DNA of 64,000 nt from Marsupella aquatica (lineage: Eukaryota; Plantae; Marchantiophyta): contig OZ316897.1 of NCBI GenBank assembly GCA_973895155.1, positions 13,763,375 through 13,827,374 on the forward strand, in the 5' to 3' direction. Shown in pieces: positions 12,741 through 23,695 of this stretch. The position numbers and the translations under genes are program-made. Numbering within the stretch: position 1 is the first letter of the stretch; the number at the start of each line of letters is the position of its first letter. A model generated the notes under the pieces. That model saw only the letters and a program-made list of their open reading frames with translations, ran no database searches and was not told the origin of the DNA.

Positions 12741-13527
12741 ATTTAGGGTGGGCAGTGCAGCAACTACACTGTGTATACTATACTATTTGTGTAGCATAGA
12801 TTTTTGGGGCTTACTCTTCAGTTAACATTACTAATTTTAATTACTGACTAACACTAATATTGTACGCTTTAAATAACAATAAGTGTAAGACTTATCCAGT
12901 TTTTGTAGAACACTATTTGGAGAGTAAGGTTATACTAATTGGAGAGTAAAGATATAAATGATATTGCTCTCTCACCTCAAACAGCTAGAGAAGAGAGTGT
13001 GTTTGATGCACCCAAGATCACTAGAACAAGAAAAGTTACTGGGGAACAAAGTCTCAACAGGGCTACACTACTCGCCAAACAATGTCAGCACAAATAAGAA
13101 GTAGGAATAGACATATTTGAATTGCTCTACTGTAGTTCAGGAATTTGAACCCTAAATAATCTTAGCCCAAAACCTACCACATTTAGTGTTATTTTCTATT
13201 CAATTTTGCCCCACTCTAAAATTAGAATTGCCGACATTAAATACCGAGTAACACTAATTCCAAGATAAGACCAATTACGGTGAACTGTGTGGATGGGAGC
13301 CAGATTCTGGGAAGTGGTCTGCGACGAGCATGGGATTGATGCCACTGGAGTGTATCATCAGGACAACAATATGCACCTGAAGAGGGTAAATGTCTACTTC
13401 AATGAAGCTAACGGAGGTTGGTATGAGCCTTGAGCTGTGCACATAGGCTTGGAACCAGCTACTATGGACAATTGCAGTCAAGCCCATACAGACAGATCTT
13501 CAGGCCTTGCAACCTCCTCATTGTGCA
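12741..13527 (+). pseudogene. TUB: Beta-tubulin 5' pseudogene fragment (about codons 7-95), split by a MITE
   Basis: 12741-12764 reads I*GGQCSN (cf. IQGGQCGN). From 13293 it reads [57 protein letters not shown]. Contains stops and a frameshift. Confidence 0.9.
12767..13289. mobile_element. Older copy of the same MITE family, inserted into the beta-tubulin pseudogene
   Basis: Left end TA|CACTGT; right end AATTACGGTGAACTGTG|TG; internal TAACACTAAT motifs. Confidence 0.65.
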
Positions 13528-13698
13528 GACTCCAAAGGCCATCAGCAAAGAATATGGACAAACTTTGTAGTTATCAAAAGTAGAATGATGCAAACTTAGC
13601 ATCTAAATTGAAACAAAATCCAAATCAATCACATGCAAGTAAAATACCCGGTAAAATACAGATCTGCCTCACCTTGACGGTTGTTAGAGTTGGCACTT

Positions 13699-14364
13699 GG
13701 GGGTGTCACTATTTGGAGCCCCCACATCATGCGCAACATTTTTAGGTCATGTACACCCTAAAACCTCAGGGGCCTCAATCCAAGGGGTGTCCCATATCAC
13801 TCGCAAAGTTTTGGGAGAATAAACAACCTAAAATTTAAGTCAATAAAGTTTATTTGAGGAAATTTTTACCCCTAACTTAATGGAATATTTCTCAAATAAA
13901 CTTTATTGACTTAAATTTTAGGTTGTTTATTCTCCCAAAACTTTGCGAGTGATATGGGACACCCGAATATTCTTGGAATTTGGTTTTAAAAAACCCTATG
14001 ATTCTTCTAATTTTTAAAACTGGATTAAAACAACCCTAATGTTCTTCAACAAAAATCTAAAAGTCTGTCACTAAACCCAATAAAAACACCCTATACTTAT
14101 TAGAGCGTGATGGGTTGGAAGAAAGGAAGGGACCCTGAGCCTAAAACTTAAAAAACAAGTTTTTTTCTGAATTATTTTACTCCTATTAATTTACAATATT
14201 CCTGGAATATTCAAAATTTTGGTTTTGATATCCTATCCTTAGAATATTCCAAATGAATTGGGGTAGAACAATTAATTTTTTTCTTAAGTTTTAGGGTGTA
14301 CCTCCTGGTGTACCTGAGCTAAAATTGTCATGGGTGATGTGGTGGGCTCGAATGGTGAGACCCC
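13699..14364. mobile_element. AT-rich MITE of a family with partial copies at about 2830-2940, 8860-8995, 11990-12210, 41865-42110 and 56207-56480
   Basis: Imperfect TIRs GGGGTGTCACTATTTGGAGCCC / GGGCTCGAATGGTGAGACCCC. Shared internal motifs GGGGTGTCCCATATCA and CTAACTTAATG. TSD unresolved. Confidence 0.6.
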
Positions 14365-15969
14365 GAGGCAAGCCGAAAGACATGAAAGATTATTCATCTC
14401 TTTCATGCCCTTGATCAACTCAGAACCATTCAGGACTTTGATGATACACACTCAACATGGTTAGAGGCTAAAGCCCCCTTCTAGAGAAGGCAATGATGTG
14501 ACAGGAACTGAAGTTCTTGGGAGAGCAACAGACTAACAATGAATTTTGTCGAGTACTTGCAAAGATTATGGAACAGAAAAGCGGGAGTAAGAACTCAAAC
14601 CACACCTGCCCATATAAAAGCCTCATCCCTTGTCTTGCCATTGCTCATGCCTATTCTATGCCTGATCCTATGGTGAATAGTGTACTCACCATAAAAGGTG
14701 GAGCTCAAGCACATTGCTAGTGAAATTGAACCTGTGCACTTCATAATCAAAGCTATGGATAACCTATAGCTCGTTATAGATTCAGTTGTGCGTTAAGGCA
14801 ATTGAATAACTCAAACTGCTAGTTTCTCACAACAAGTGTCCAGTGAGATTCAAAATGCAATGAAATATAGGGCAGCGACAATAGGCATGACAAAAAGCAG
14901 CCTGTCTCCTGCAAGAAAGTATAACACTATTATCCCACCGGAAATTGAAGAAACAATTATGAAAGGTGCCTTACGGTTTAGGATCACTGCACGCGGAACC
15001 AAACATTGCTCAGGAAAGCTAGGGAGAAACGAGATGTGCCTTTGATACATTGGAACTTCCAAGAACCCAATGCAAATATCGTGGATGCCTCTAATCCACA
15101 ATGTGCCTGTACCCCTCCTCTCTCCAATGATCCTCACTACGCCAAATGCCCCCTTGCCCCAGCAATCCAGAATGCACCAAATGCCTCTCTCCTGCCTAAA
15201 CCCATGTTTGCATGACAAAAGATCGATCAAGAATTTGCGACAAATGATCAAGGAACCCGATGTCTTGTAGCAGCGGCGGCCCTAAACCCAAAAATGATAT
15301 GTAGACTTAATTCAAAATGTGTTCATGTATAAACATGCCGGTACCATAGTTGAACCCTGTTGAGCATAGACGACGATCGCAACGGCAAGCCCATGAACCA
15401 TCCAACGCACAATAGTCGACACAAGAGATACGTGGTTCACCTCCTTGAGGCTACGTCCACGGGAACACACAAGAGAGCTTTACTGAACTCTAAGCCCGTC
15501 GGCTATACCGAGTCTCCACAGTGTACGCTCTCTCTATCTCTCAAGTGGCTCCATAACAATGAGCCTTGGTTCTACCTCTCCAAACACACATGCCTCTTAT
15601 GATATAGTGTGCAACTTAGTTGTACCTAACCACATAGTTGTACCTAATCACGTAGTTGTACCTAACCACATAGTTGTACCTAATCATGTAGTTGTACCTA
15701 ACCACGTAGTTGTACCAACCCACGTTGTTGTACCAACCACGTCATACCTAACCTAGACGTAAGAGTAAGTACCCAACAATCTTCCCCTTGACTCTGGTCT
15801 AGGGGAGAGTAATACTGCCAATGTATATGATCCCTCAGCGGGAAGTTCTGGACAGAAACCAAACCGGTTTCCCTCTCTAACTAGAGCAAACCAGAACTAA
15901 GCCGTAGCCTAATACATAGGAATGAGGAAGAGCATATATCAGTAATTACAATGAATGTTTAAGAAAACT

Positions 15970-18900
15970 CTACTTGTGATGCAATTGCAAAACCTGCAAT
16001 ACGTCACGGTGTCTAGAGAAACTCTCCAAAGGAATCACTTTGGTAAATGCGTCAGCCGGGTTGAGTTTACCATCAATCTTGACTAGCTCAAACAAATTAT
16101 CAGACACAGCCTGCCTGATAAAATGGTACCTGACGTCAATGTGCTTCACTCTGCTGTCCATCACCTGGTTCACAGCAAGGTGGAGCGCACTTTGACTATC
16201 ACAATGGAGCTTCACATTCCCCTGTGGCAATCCCATTTCAGTGATAAGTCTATCCAACCAAATCGCTTCCTTTGCTGCTTCCGCAGCTGCAACATACTCC
16301 GCTTCTGTAGTAGACTGAGCAATACACTTCTGCAAAGTAGATCTCCAACTTATGCATCCACCGCCAAGTGTGAACACGTATCCTGTTGTTGATCTCCTTC
16401 GGTCCAAATCTTGTCCATAGTCAGAATCTACATAGCCAATCAATGATCTAGCATTCTTTGCATTCGCATCAAATAAAAGACCATGATCCACGGTACCCTT
16501 CAAGTACCTGATAATCCACTTCACTGCTTCCCAGTGTACCTTCCCTGGATTCGACATGTACCTGCTCACCTTGCCCATAGCCATGGCAAGATCAGGTCTA
16601 GTGCAAGTCATCAAATACATGAGACTCCCCACTGCCTTGTCATATGGAACCTTTGACATCAACCCCTTCTCTGTGTCATCCGTAGGACAGAACGCTGATG
16701 ATAACTTGAAGTGTGGAGCCAACGGGGTACTTACTGGCTTGCTATTCTCCATGTTGAACCTTGCAATTACCTTCCTCGCATAACTGCTCTGCGTCAACCA
16801 TAGCTTGCCAGCCTCCAAGTCCCTAGTGATCTCCATACCCAAAATCCTCTTAGCTGGCCCTAAGTCCTTCATCTTAAACTCTGCACTAAGCAGTGCCTTG
16901 AGCTTAACAATCTCAGACCTATCCTTGGCTGCAATTAGCATGTCATCCACATAAAGTACTAAAACAATGAACCCAAAGACAACATTCTTCACCGGTTTTA
17001 AATACACACAAGGGTCAAATACACTTCTGTGAAAACCTTGTGACCGAATCCAATCGTCAAACCGCTTGTTCCACTGTCTTGGTGACTGCTTCAACCCATA
17101 CAAGGATTTCAGCAATCTGCAAACCAATTCCTCCTGTCCTCTCTTCACAAAACCTAGCGGTTGTCTCATGAAGATCACCTCTTCCAATGTGCCATAGAGG
17201 AAAGCTGTGACAACATCCATCTGATCTAGGAGCAGACCAAACATTACAACAAGTACACACAATAGTCGTATTGTAGAGTACTTAGCAACTGGTGAGAAGA
17301 CCTCATTGTAATCCACACCTTTCTCTTGTGTGAATCCCTTTGCTACCAATCTAGCCTTGTAGACCTTCGATCCACCTCCTATGGAACTATCCTTCAGCTT
17401 GTAAATCCACTTGCTGTCCACCACTTGCTGACCCTTAGGCAGCTTAACAAGCTCCCAAGTTTTGTTGTCCTTTAGTGACTGCATCTCCGTTTGCATTGCT
17501 GCAGTCCACTTCTGCTTCTCCTTTGAAGCACTTGCCTCATGAAATGAAGAAGGTTCTCCTTCTTCCAAAATTAACGCATCACCCTCATCATCAGCTGTAA
17601 AATCATCCTCTTGCAGTTGAGATGAATCAACCCACTGTCCATACCTTGGTGGAGCGCGTACAGTGCGACCAGATGTTCTTCTAGCCGATGACTCCGGTTG
17701 ATCTGCGTGTGCTGGTACAATTTGAAGCTCAACAGCATCCACTTGCTGCTCACCAGCATCAACAAACTCCTCTGGTTCCTCTGGCACAGGAACCAGCTCC
17801 ATAATTGGAGCAACTCCTTCTCTTCGGTCATGCACCTCATAACCAATCTCCCCCTCAACGAGATCCGGGATAGGAGATTTTCCTTTGTCAGTACGGGAGA
17901 CCTGAGTATTCTCCCCCTCCTTCAATAATCTGGATTCATTGAAGGAAACATCCCTACTAACAACGAGCTTACAGGCAATAGGATCCCATAGCCTATAGGC
18001 TTTCACACCACTCTGGTACCCAAGAAAAACACATTTCCTGGAGGTAGGATCCAACTTGGTCCTATTCTGCTTTGGTGTGAGAGCATATGCATCACTTCCA
18101 AAAACTACCAAGCCATGATAGTCTGCTTGCCGCTTATAGCGCATCTCAAACGGCGTTTTGAAATTGATAGCACTAGAAGGAGAAAGATTTACCAAATAAG
18201 CTGCGGTATTGACAGCTTCTGCCCAAAATTCTTGTGGTAAACCTGATTGGCTCAACATACTCCGTGACCGCTCCAACAGTGTCCGATTGAGCCTCTCAGC
18301 GACACCATTCTGCTGTGGAGTATAAACTGTGGTGAGATGGCGAGTTATCCCCTGTTCTGAACAGTACTCTTCAAATTCCATTGAAGTGTACTCCCCGCCG
18401 TTGTCTGACCTCAGACTCTTCACCCTTGTATCCAAACACTTGATCGTGTTTCCAGTCTGATTCTCCACCTGGGCCTTCCACTTCTTAAAAATGGACAAGA
18501 CATCAGACTTATGCGTCATGAAATAAATCCACACAAATCTTGAGTAATCATCAATAAATGATACATAGTACAACTTTCCAGAGTGTGAGGGAGTCGGGGA
18601 TGGACCCCACACGTCACTATGTATGTACTCAAGAACCGCTTTGGAACGATGAGTTCCAACACCAAAAGCACGACGATGCTGCTTTCCAAGAATGCAATGC
18701 TCACAAAACTCTAATTTACAAGATTGCAAATCAGAAATGAGTCCATTCTTCCGTAAGATAGCCAAACCCTTCTCACTCATGTGGCCTAGCCGTGAATGCC
18801 ACAGTTGAGTCATCTCCTCGTGAGACTTGGTTACATTGGCCTCTCCACATACAGTATTGCCCTGTAACACATACAAATTCTTTTGTCTACTCCCCTTCAA

Positions 18901-19242
18901 AATCACTGTCTCTCCCGACCTGACTTGAAGTTCACCATCAATAACGCTCCATTGATGACCATTTGAATCCAACACACCGAGTGAAATCAGATTCTTACGC
19001 ATGCCAGGTACATACCTGACTCCGGATACTGTGCGCACAGCGCCATCAAACATTTGAATCTTCACAGACCCAATTCCCTCAATTTGACAGGAGTGATCAT
19101 TTCCCATCAGAACTGAACCGTTTGAAACAGAGTAAGAACTGAAAAACTCACGAATGTAACAAATATGAAAAGAGCAAGCACAATCAAGAATCCACACATC
19201 ATCTGCTCTCCTAGATGACGTGCACAGGGCATACCCCCGGCT
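15970..19242 (-). CDS. pol: Copia Pol (protease, integrase, RT, RNase H), in frame with gag after one stop codon
   Basis: WILDCACSFH, WHSRLGH, HSDVWGP, RSDNGGEY, YKARLVAKG, LYVDDML, EAEYVA and ADAFTK motifs; uninterrupted frame. Confidence 0.95.
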   Translation of the reverse strand, partial: SRGYALCTSSRRADDVWILDCACSFHICYIREFFSSYSVSNGSVLMGNDHSCQIEGIGSVKIQMFDGAVRTVSGVRYVPGMRKNLISLGVLDSNGHQWSVIDGELQVRSGETVILKGSRQKNLYVLQGNTVCGEANVTKSHEEMTQLWHSRLGHMSEKGLAILRKNGLISDLQSCKLEFCEHCILGKQHRRAFGVGTHRSKAVLEYIHSDVWGPSPTPSHSGKLYYVSFIDDYSRFVWIYFMTHKSDVLSIFKKWKAQVENQTGNTIKCLDTRVKSLRSDNGGEYTSMEFEEYCSEQGITRHLTTVYTPQQNGVAERLNRTLLERSRSMLSQSGLPQEFWAEAVNTAAYLVNLSPSSAINFKTPFEMRYKRQADYHGLVVFGSDAYALTPKQNRTKLDPTSRKCVFLGYQSGVKAYRLWDPIACKLVVSRDVSFNESRLLKEGENTQVSRTDKGKSPIPDLVEGEIGYEVHDRREGVAPIMELVPVPEEPEEFVDAGEQQVDAVELQIVPAHADQPESSARRTSGRTVRAPPRYGQWVDSSQLQEDDFTADDEGDALILEEGEPSSFHEASASKEKQKWTAAMQTEMQSLKDNKTWELVKLPKGQQVVDSKWIYKLKDSSIGGGSKVYKARLVAKGFTQEKGVDYNEVFSPVAKYSTIRLLCVLVVMFGLLLDQMDVVTAFLYGTLEEVIFMRQPLGFVKRGQEELVCRLLKSLYGLKQSPRQWNKRFDDWIRSQGFHRSVFDPCVYLKPVKNVVFGFIVLVLYVDDMLIAAKDRSEIVKLKALLSAEFKMKDLGPAKRILGMEITRDLEAGKLWLTQSSYARKVIARFNMENSKPVSTPLAPHFKLSSAFCPTDDTEKGLMSKVPYDKAVGSLMYLMTCTRPDLAMAMGKVSRYMSNPGKVHWEAVKWIIRYLKGTVDHGLLFDANAKNARSLIGYVDSDYGQDLDRRRSTTGYVFTLGGGCISWRSTLQKCIAQSTTEAEYVAAAEAAKEAIWLDRLITEMGLPQGNVKLHCDSQSALHLAVNQVMDSRVKHIDVRYHFIRQAVSDNLFELVKIDGKLNPADAFTKVIPLESFSRHRDVLQVLQLHHK

Positions 19243-20277
19243 TCATAAAACATACTCATCATTGAGTAAATCAGCTTCTCCATCAGCCCTAGCCACATTT
19301 GCCGATGAAGTTTCCGCTGCCTTTCCCTTACAGTCTTGCTTGAAGTGTCCAACTTGGTTGCACTTCCAACATGTCACCTGCCTCCTCTGAGGGGATTTAC
19401 CCTTGGACTTAGATCTGGATTTAGATCTAAACTGGGTTCTACGGTCCCCAGTTGGTCGCTGCATACTCCTCCCACGGTTAACATTGAGGGCAGCACCAGA
19501 TGATGAAGGCTGTGACGTGATGTGCATCTTCTGTTGAAGATCATCACTAAGCAGAGAACTTACCACGTCATTGTATGAAATGGTATCCCTATCACGATGC
19601 AACAACACTCGTGATAGGGACTGGTAAGATGGAGGCAATGAACTAAGAAGTTGCAGAGCCTTCGTCTCATCATTCAAAGTCTTCCCAAGGTTTTCCAAGT
19701 CAACAACCATGTCGTTGAAAGCATCCACATGGTCTTGCAACTTCGTACCAGATTCCTTCATCCTGAAACTCATCAGTTTGTAGGAAGTGTAGAGCCGGTT
19801 CGACAACTCCTTGCGGTGATACTTGCTCTGCAATTCCGCAAACAAGGACATGCAATCCTTATGTGCACCCAACTGCTTGATGATGGGAGGCATGAGATAG
19901 AGTGTAACACACCACACTCCCTGCTCCTGCATGCGGTCCCATTGTTTCTCATCAACATCGTCTTCACGAGGGCTCAGCAGTTGGCCCATCCCTGACGCAT
20001 AAAGCACTCCCTTCATCTGCTTCTCCCATAGCAAGTAGTCAGAGCGCCCATCATACTTTGTCACTTCATACTTGGGTCCCCCAAGCTTGAAAGTCCCCAT
20101 CTTCTTCTTTACCGTGAGCTCCGGTAGTAGTAGTGCTTCCTCCACCACACGCCGCACCGGTGATGGTATCGGTGTCACGTGCTCTTCCTCCTGCTCCTCT
20201 CTCTGCCCTTGAAACCTCCGCGGTGATCCTCGTGCTTCAAGTTCCACGTCTTCAAAAAACTCCTCCGAATCACTCAT
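19243..20277 (-). CDS. gag: Copia Gag (344 aa)
   Basis: KYDGRSDYLLW and LLSSLPPSY motifs; zinc knuckle CWKCNQVGHFKQDC; ends at an in-frame TGA. Confidence 0.93.
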   Translation of the reverse strand: MSDSEEFFEDVELEARGSPRRFQGQREEQEEEHVTPIPSPVRRVVEEALLLPELTVKKKMGTFKLGGPKYEVTKYDGRSDYLLWEKQMKGVLYASGMGQLLSPREDDVDEKQWDRMQEQGVWCVTLYLMPPIIKQLGAHKDCMSLFAELQSKYHRKELSNRLYTSYKLMSFRMKESGTKLQDHVDAFNDMVVDLENLGKTLNDETKALQLLSSLPPSYQSLSRVLLHRDRDTISYNDVVSSLLSDDLQQKMHITSQPSSSGAALNVNRGRSMQRPTGDRRTQFRSKSRSKSKGKSPQRRQVTCWKCNQVGHFKQDCKGKAAETSSANVARADGEADLLNDEYVL

Positions 20278-22334
20278 ATGAGAAAGTCATAAAAAATGTT
20301 GTTTTTCACAACTTCTCAAAAAACTCGAAACTCAACACCGCCGCGTAGCCCACAAAGCTAGGAGTCCAATACTGAAAACCGAAATCAAAATCGAAATTTG
20401 ACGGAAAAGTTATTCAAATTTTGGTCGAGGTGGGTAAAACCTTGGGAAACTCCCCCGTTTTGACCACCTCAGGGAATAACCGAAATACCAAGTACAACCC
20501 GTTGTCGAAATTGCGATGTGATTGGTGCGCTGCATTGCCAACTTCAATGGCTATGACCTCGCCGAAAAATAACCAAAAAAGTTACCGTTCGGCGGATGAA
20601 ATCTTTGTCGGACGGTCAAAAAATAGCTCTATGGTTTTTTGGAATATTCTATGACCCTTGTACAGGCCCTGTGGGAATTTTGGAAGAACAATCGAGGGGC
20701 TGACATGTGTCCTCGAACCCCCAAAACCCCCTACCACCTTTCGTCGTCGAAATCTGGTCGCGCGCGCAGAAAATACACACGGCAGAATGTACCCCTCGAC
20801 ACCAAACGCAAGATATCTCACTCGGGTTTTGACGAAATCAAGATCCGATTTCAGATTTGGAAACTAGACTCCGAGGCGATGAAGATTGATATAAGAAGCA
20901 CCCAAAACGAGGAAAGAACGAGGGAGAAAAAAATTGGTAAAGATGACAGATTTCTCTCAATTGCCATAGCCAATTTCGAATCAGTTTTTCAAAGAGAAAA
21001 AAATGGTACCTTGTCAACAACGAATGTTGATCAATTGCACTTGGTGCCGTCACCAAGTCCAACAAGGTAATTGATTTTGCTTAGCCTTCCTCTTTGCATC
21101 AAAGAGCCAATCCCGGACTCAAAAACAATCGTCTTGCCTCAATCTCTCCGTTGAGTCAAAACACTTGACGCTTCTCCCTCCGAGTCGATTGCCAACTTTC
21201 TTCACAAAATCCAGAAGGACAAAAACTTAGATCTCTCTGCACCACGAGCTCCGTTCAACGATTTCTTCACACTGTTAGAAAGCTCTTGCCCTGATCTATC
21301 CGTTGAGCCCATAAACTCCAAGTTCCATGCGATGGAACTCTGGAAAATCCACCAACACTCAACGCTGGAAAAACCGTCATGAAATCCCGTCACGAACACA
21401 CGTCACCTCCCAAGCATGCTCTGATACCAATTGTTGAGCATAGACGACGATCGCAACGGCAAGCCCATGAACCATCCAACGCACAATAGTCGACACAAGA
21501 GATACGTGGTTCACCTCCTTGAGGCTACGTCCACGGGAACACACAAGAGAGCTTTACTGAACTCTAAGCCCGTCGGCTATACCGAGTCTCCATAGTGTAC
21601 GCTCTCCCTATCTCTCAAGTGGCTCCATAACAATGAGCCTTGGTTCTACCTCTCCAAGCACACATGCCTCTTATGATATAGTGTGCAACTTAGTTATACC
21701 TAACCACATAGTTGTACCTAATCACGTAGTTGTACCTAACCACATAGTTGTACCTAATCACGTAGTTGTCCTAACCACGTAGTTGTACCAACCCACGTTG
21801 TTGTACCAACCACGTTATACCTAACCTAGACGTAAGAGTAAATACCCAACAAACCCCGTGGTAGATTGCGTTGTTGGCAATTGGAATGAAGCAGGATGGA
21901 CTATGGCATGCTATGCATGGTGGGCATTGCATCTAGGTACCACACAAGAACTGAGTGTATGGAATCTGACAGGCGGTCTAGTTTGTAACAAAAGTTTCAT
22001 GGGGACCCATCACACCAAGTTTTCCAACCAGGGGTTCCATCAAACATATACCTTAGCAAGTTTCAATCCTTGCGTTCACTTTGTTAGTTTATGTGGTTTT
22101 CACACCATGGTCTGGTCGACAATAAACACCTCTCATGCCTAGTATTTACCTTGAAGAGCCACCAGCCATGATAAAAACATGGTTACACAGATTTCACTAC
22201 TTTTAGTATATTTTCCTGAAATTGTGGAGCAAACTCTTATGGTGAAGGAGTCCAATGTGAAAAGGAATAAATCTTGTACACTTCTCCCTTTTATATGGCC
22301 AGTGGTGGTTTAAGACAGAATGACAATGGGCAGG

Positions 22335-22495
22335 AGCTTCCCTACTCACATAGGTTAATCAATATTGATTAGTCTTGATTTTGTCAAAAGGTTAGCTGAT
22401 TACTTAAGGAGAGACAAAACGTAGCTTCCCTACTCACATAGGTTAATCAATATTGATTAGTCTTGATTTTGTCAAAAGGTTAGCTGATTACTTAA
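22335..22495. repeat. Near-tandem ~75-bp duplication
   Basis: AGCTTCCCTACTCACATAGG...GATTACTTAA occurs twice. Confidence 0.85.
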
Positions 22496-22569
22496 ACCAC
22501 AACTTCCCCTATATAAGGGGAAGTGTCCAAGACCTCCCCCTTTTTCCATATTTCAATCATTGTTCTCCT

Positions 22570-22900
22570 TGTTGAACTAAGACGTCATTCGCAATGACCA
22601 TACAACCATGACTTATTCCATGCACACGTAGTCGACACAATCTCTACGTGGTTCATCTCTTCTCCAAGGCTACGTCCACACGAACACTCAAGCTTTACTT
22701 CAAGAGTAAACAAACACACATGCTCTTCCTCTTCCTCAAGTTGCTCCGTTACAATGAGTAAGCACACTCTCCAACGGCTTACACTAGCCCTGGTATATAC
22801 AAGGTCACACACGACTAACCTAACCTCAGCTAAGATCCTAACTGTGGTTAGCCTAAGTGTCGTAATCTATGAGTCACAAAACTAAGAGCAATCCTTAACA
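22570..22900 (-). mobile_element. Solo LTR, distant relative of the copia LTR
   Basis: TG..CA ends and TSD CTCCT. Shares AGTCGACACAA, TACGTGGTTCA and AGGCTACGTCCAC with the LTR at 15358. Confidence 0.85.
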
Positions 22901-23504
22901 CTCCTCTAGGGTGCCAATTTGTTCCACAATTTCAGGAAAATCTCTTTTTAATGGTAACTAGTGGTAAACCATAACTTTTGAAGGGCAGTTGTGCTTTAAG
23001 GAGAGACAAAACATTGTGCATGACAATGGGCAACATTGAATGACAAACCCAATGTACAAGAATAATTGTTTTTCGGCTAGTCCAGAATGGCACCTGACAA
23101 TAAATAAGATTCCTGGAAGTACTAAGGAGAGAGATAATGGGGAACATTGAATCACAAAACCCATTATACATGAATAAAAATGTTCCAGTTAGTCCTGAAT
23201 CACAGCTGACAAGTAAAGAAGATCTGTGAGACTGAGAGTAGTGAGAGACTAAAAAGGTACACGATGATTTGACCTACAACAAAAATAAATCAAGACAAGA
23301 ACTTGCAGAGTTTTGTGTGATTGGAACTGCAACTGAAGAAAATAAAAAATTGACAAACGAGAATTTTGTTGGTGGTGTACACCCGGGTGTACAATTCTCA
23401 CAATAAATGCTGAAGTACAATGACAACCACTTTCAAAACAAACTTAATAAAATCCTAAACTATAATACAAGGTCCCGCTCGTCAGGGCCCAAAAAAGTAA
23501 ACAG

Positions 23505-23695
23505 TCACAATGAGAAGGAATAGACAAAAAGTTAATTATATTTAGTGTGGAGCTAAAAGGTGACACACTTTTCCAAGCAAGAAAAGTGTGCTCTCACAAT
23601 GAGAAGGAATAGACAAAAAGTTAATTACATTTAGTGTGGAGCAGTGGAGTTAAAAGGTGACACACTTTTCCAAGCAAGAAAAGTGTGCTCTCAAT
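23505..23695. repeat. ~90-bp tandem duplication
   Basis: TCACAATGAGAAGGAATAGAC...AAAGTGTGCTCTC occurs twice. Confidence 0.9.

Larger units (their letters stand above)
15358..21851 (-). mobile_element. Full-length Ty1/copia LTR retrotransposon (Tork/Tnt1-like)
   Basis: LTRs at 21432-21851 (5') and 15358-15778 (3'), TG..CA ends, differing by 7 transitions and 1 indel by manual comparison. TSD AACCC. PBS TGGTATCAGAGC (21429-21418). PPT at about 15790-15779. Domain order gag, PR, INT, RT, RH. Confidence 0.98.

Noticed and set aside
20639-21070. 143-aa antisense ORF in the copia 5' leader
   Set aside because: No recognisable motifs; probably a chance ORF.
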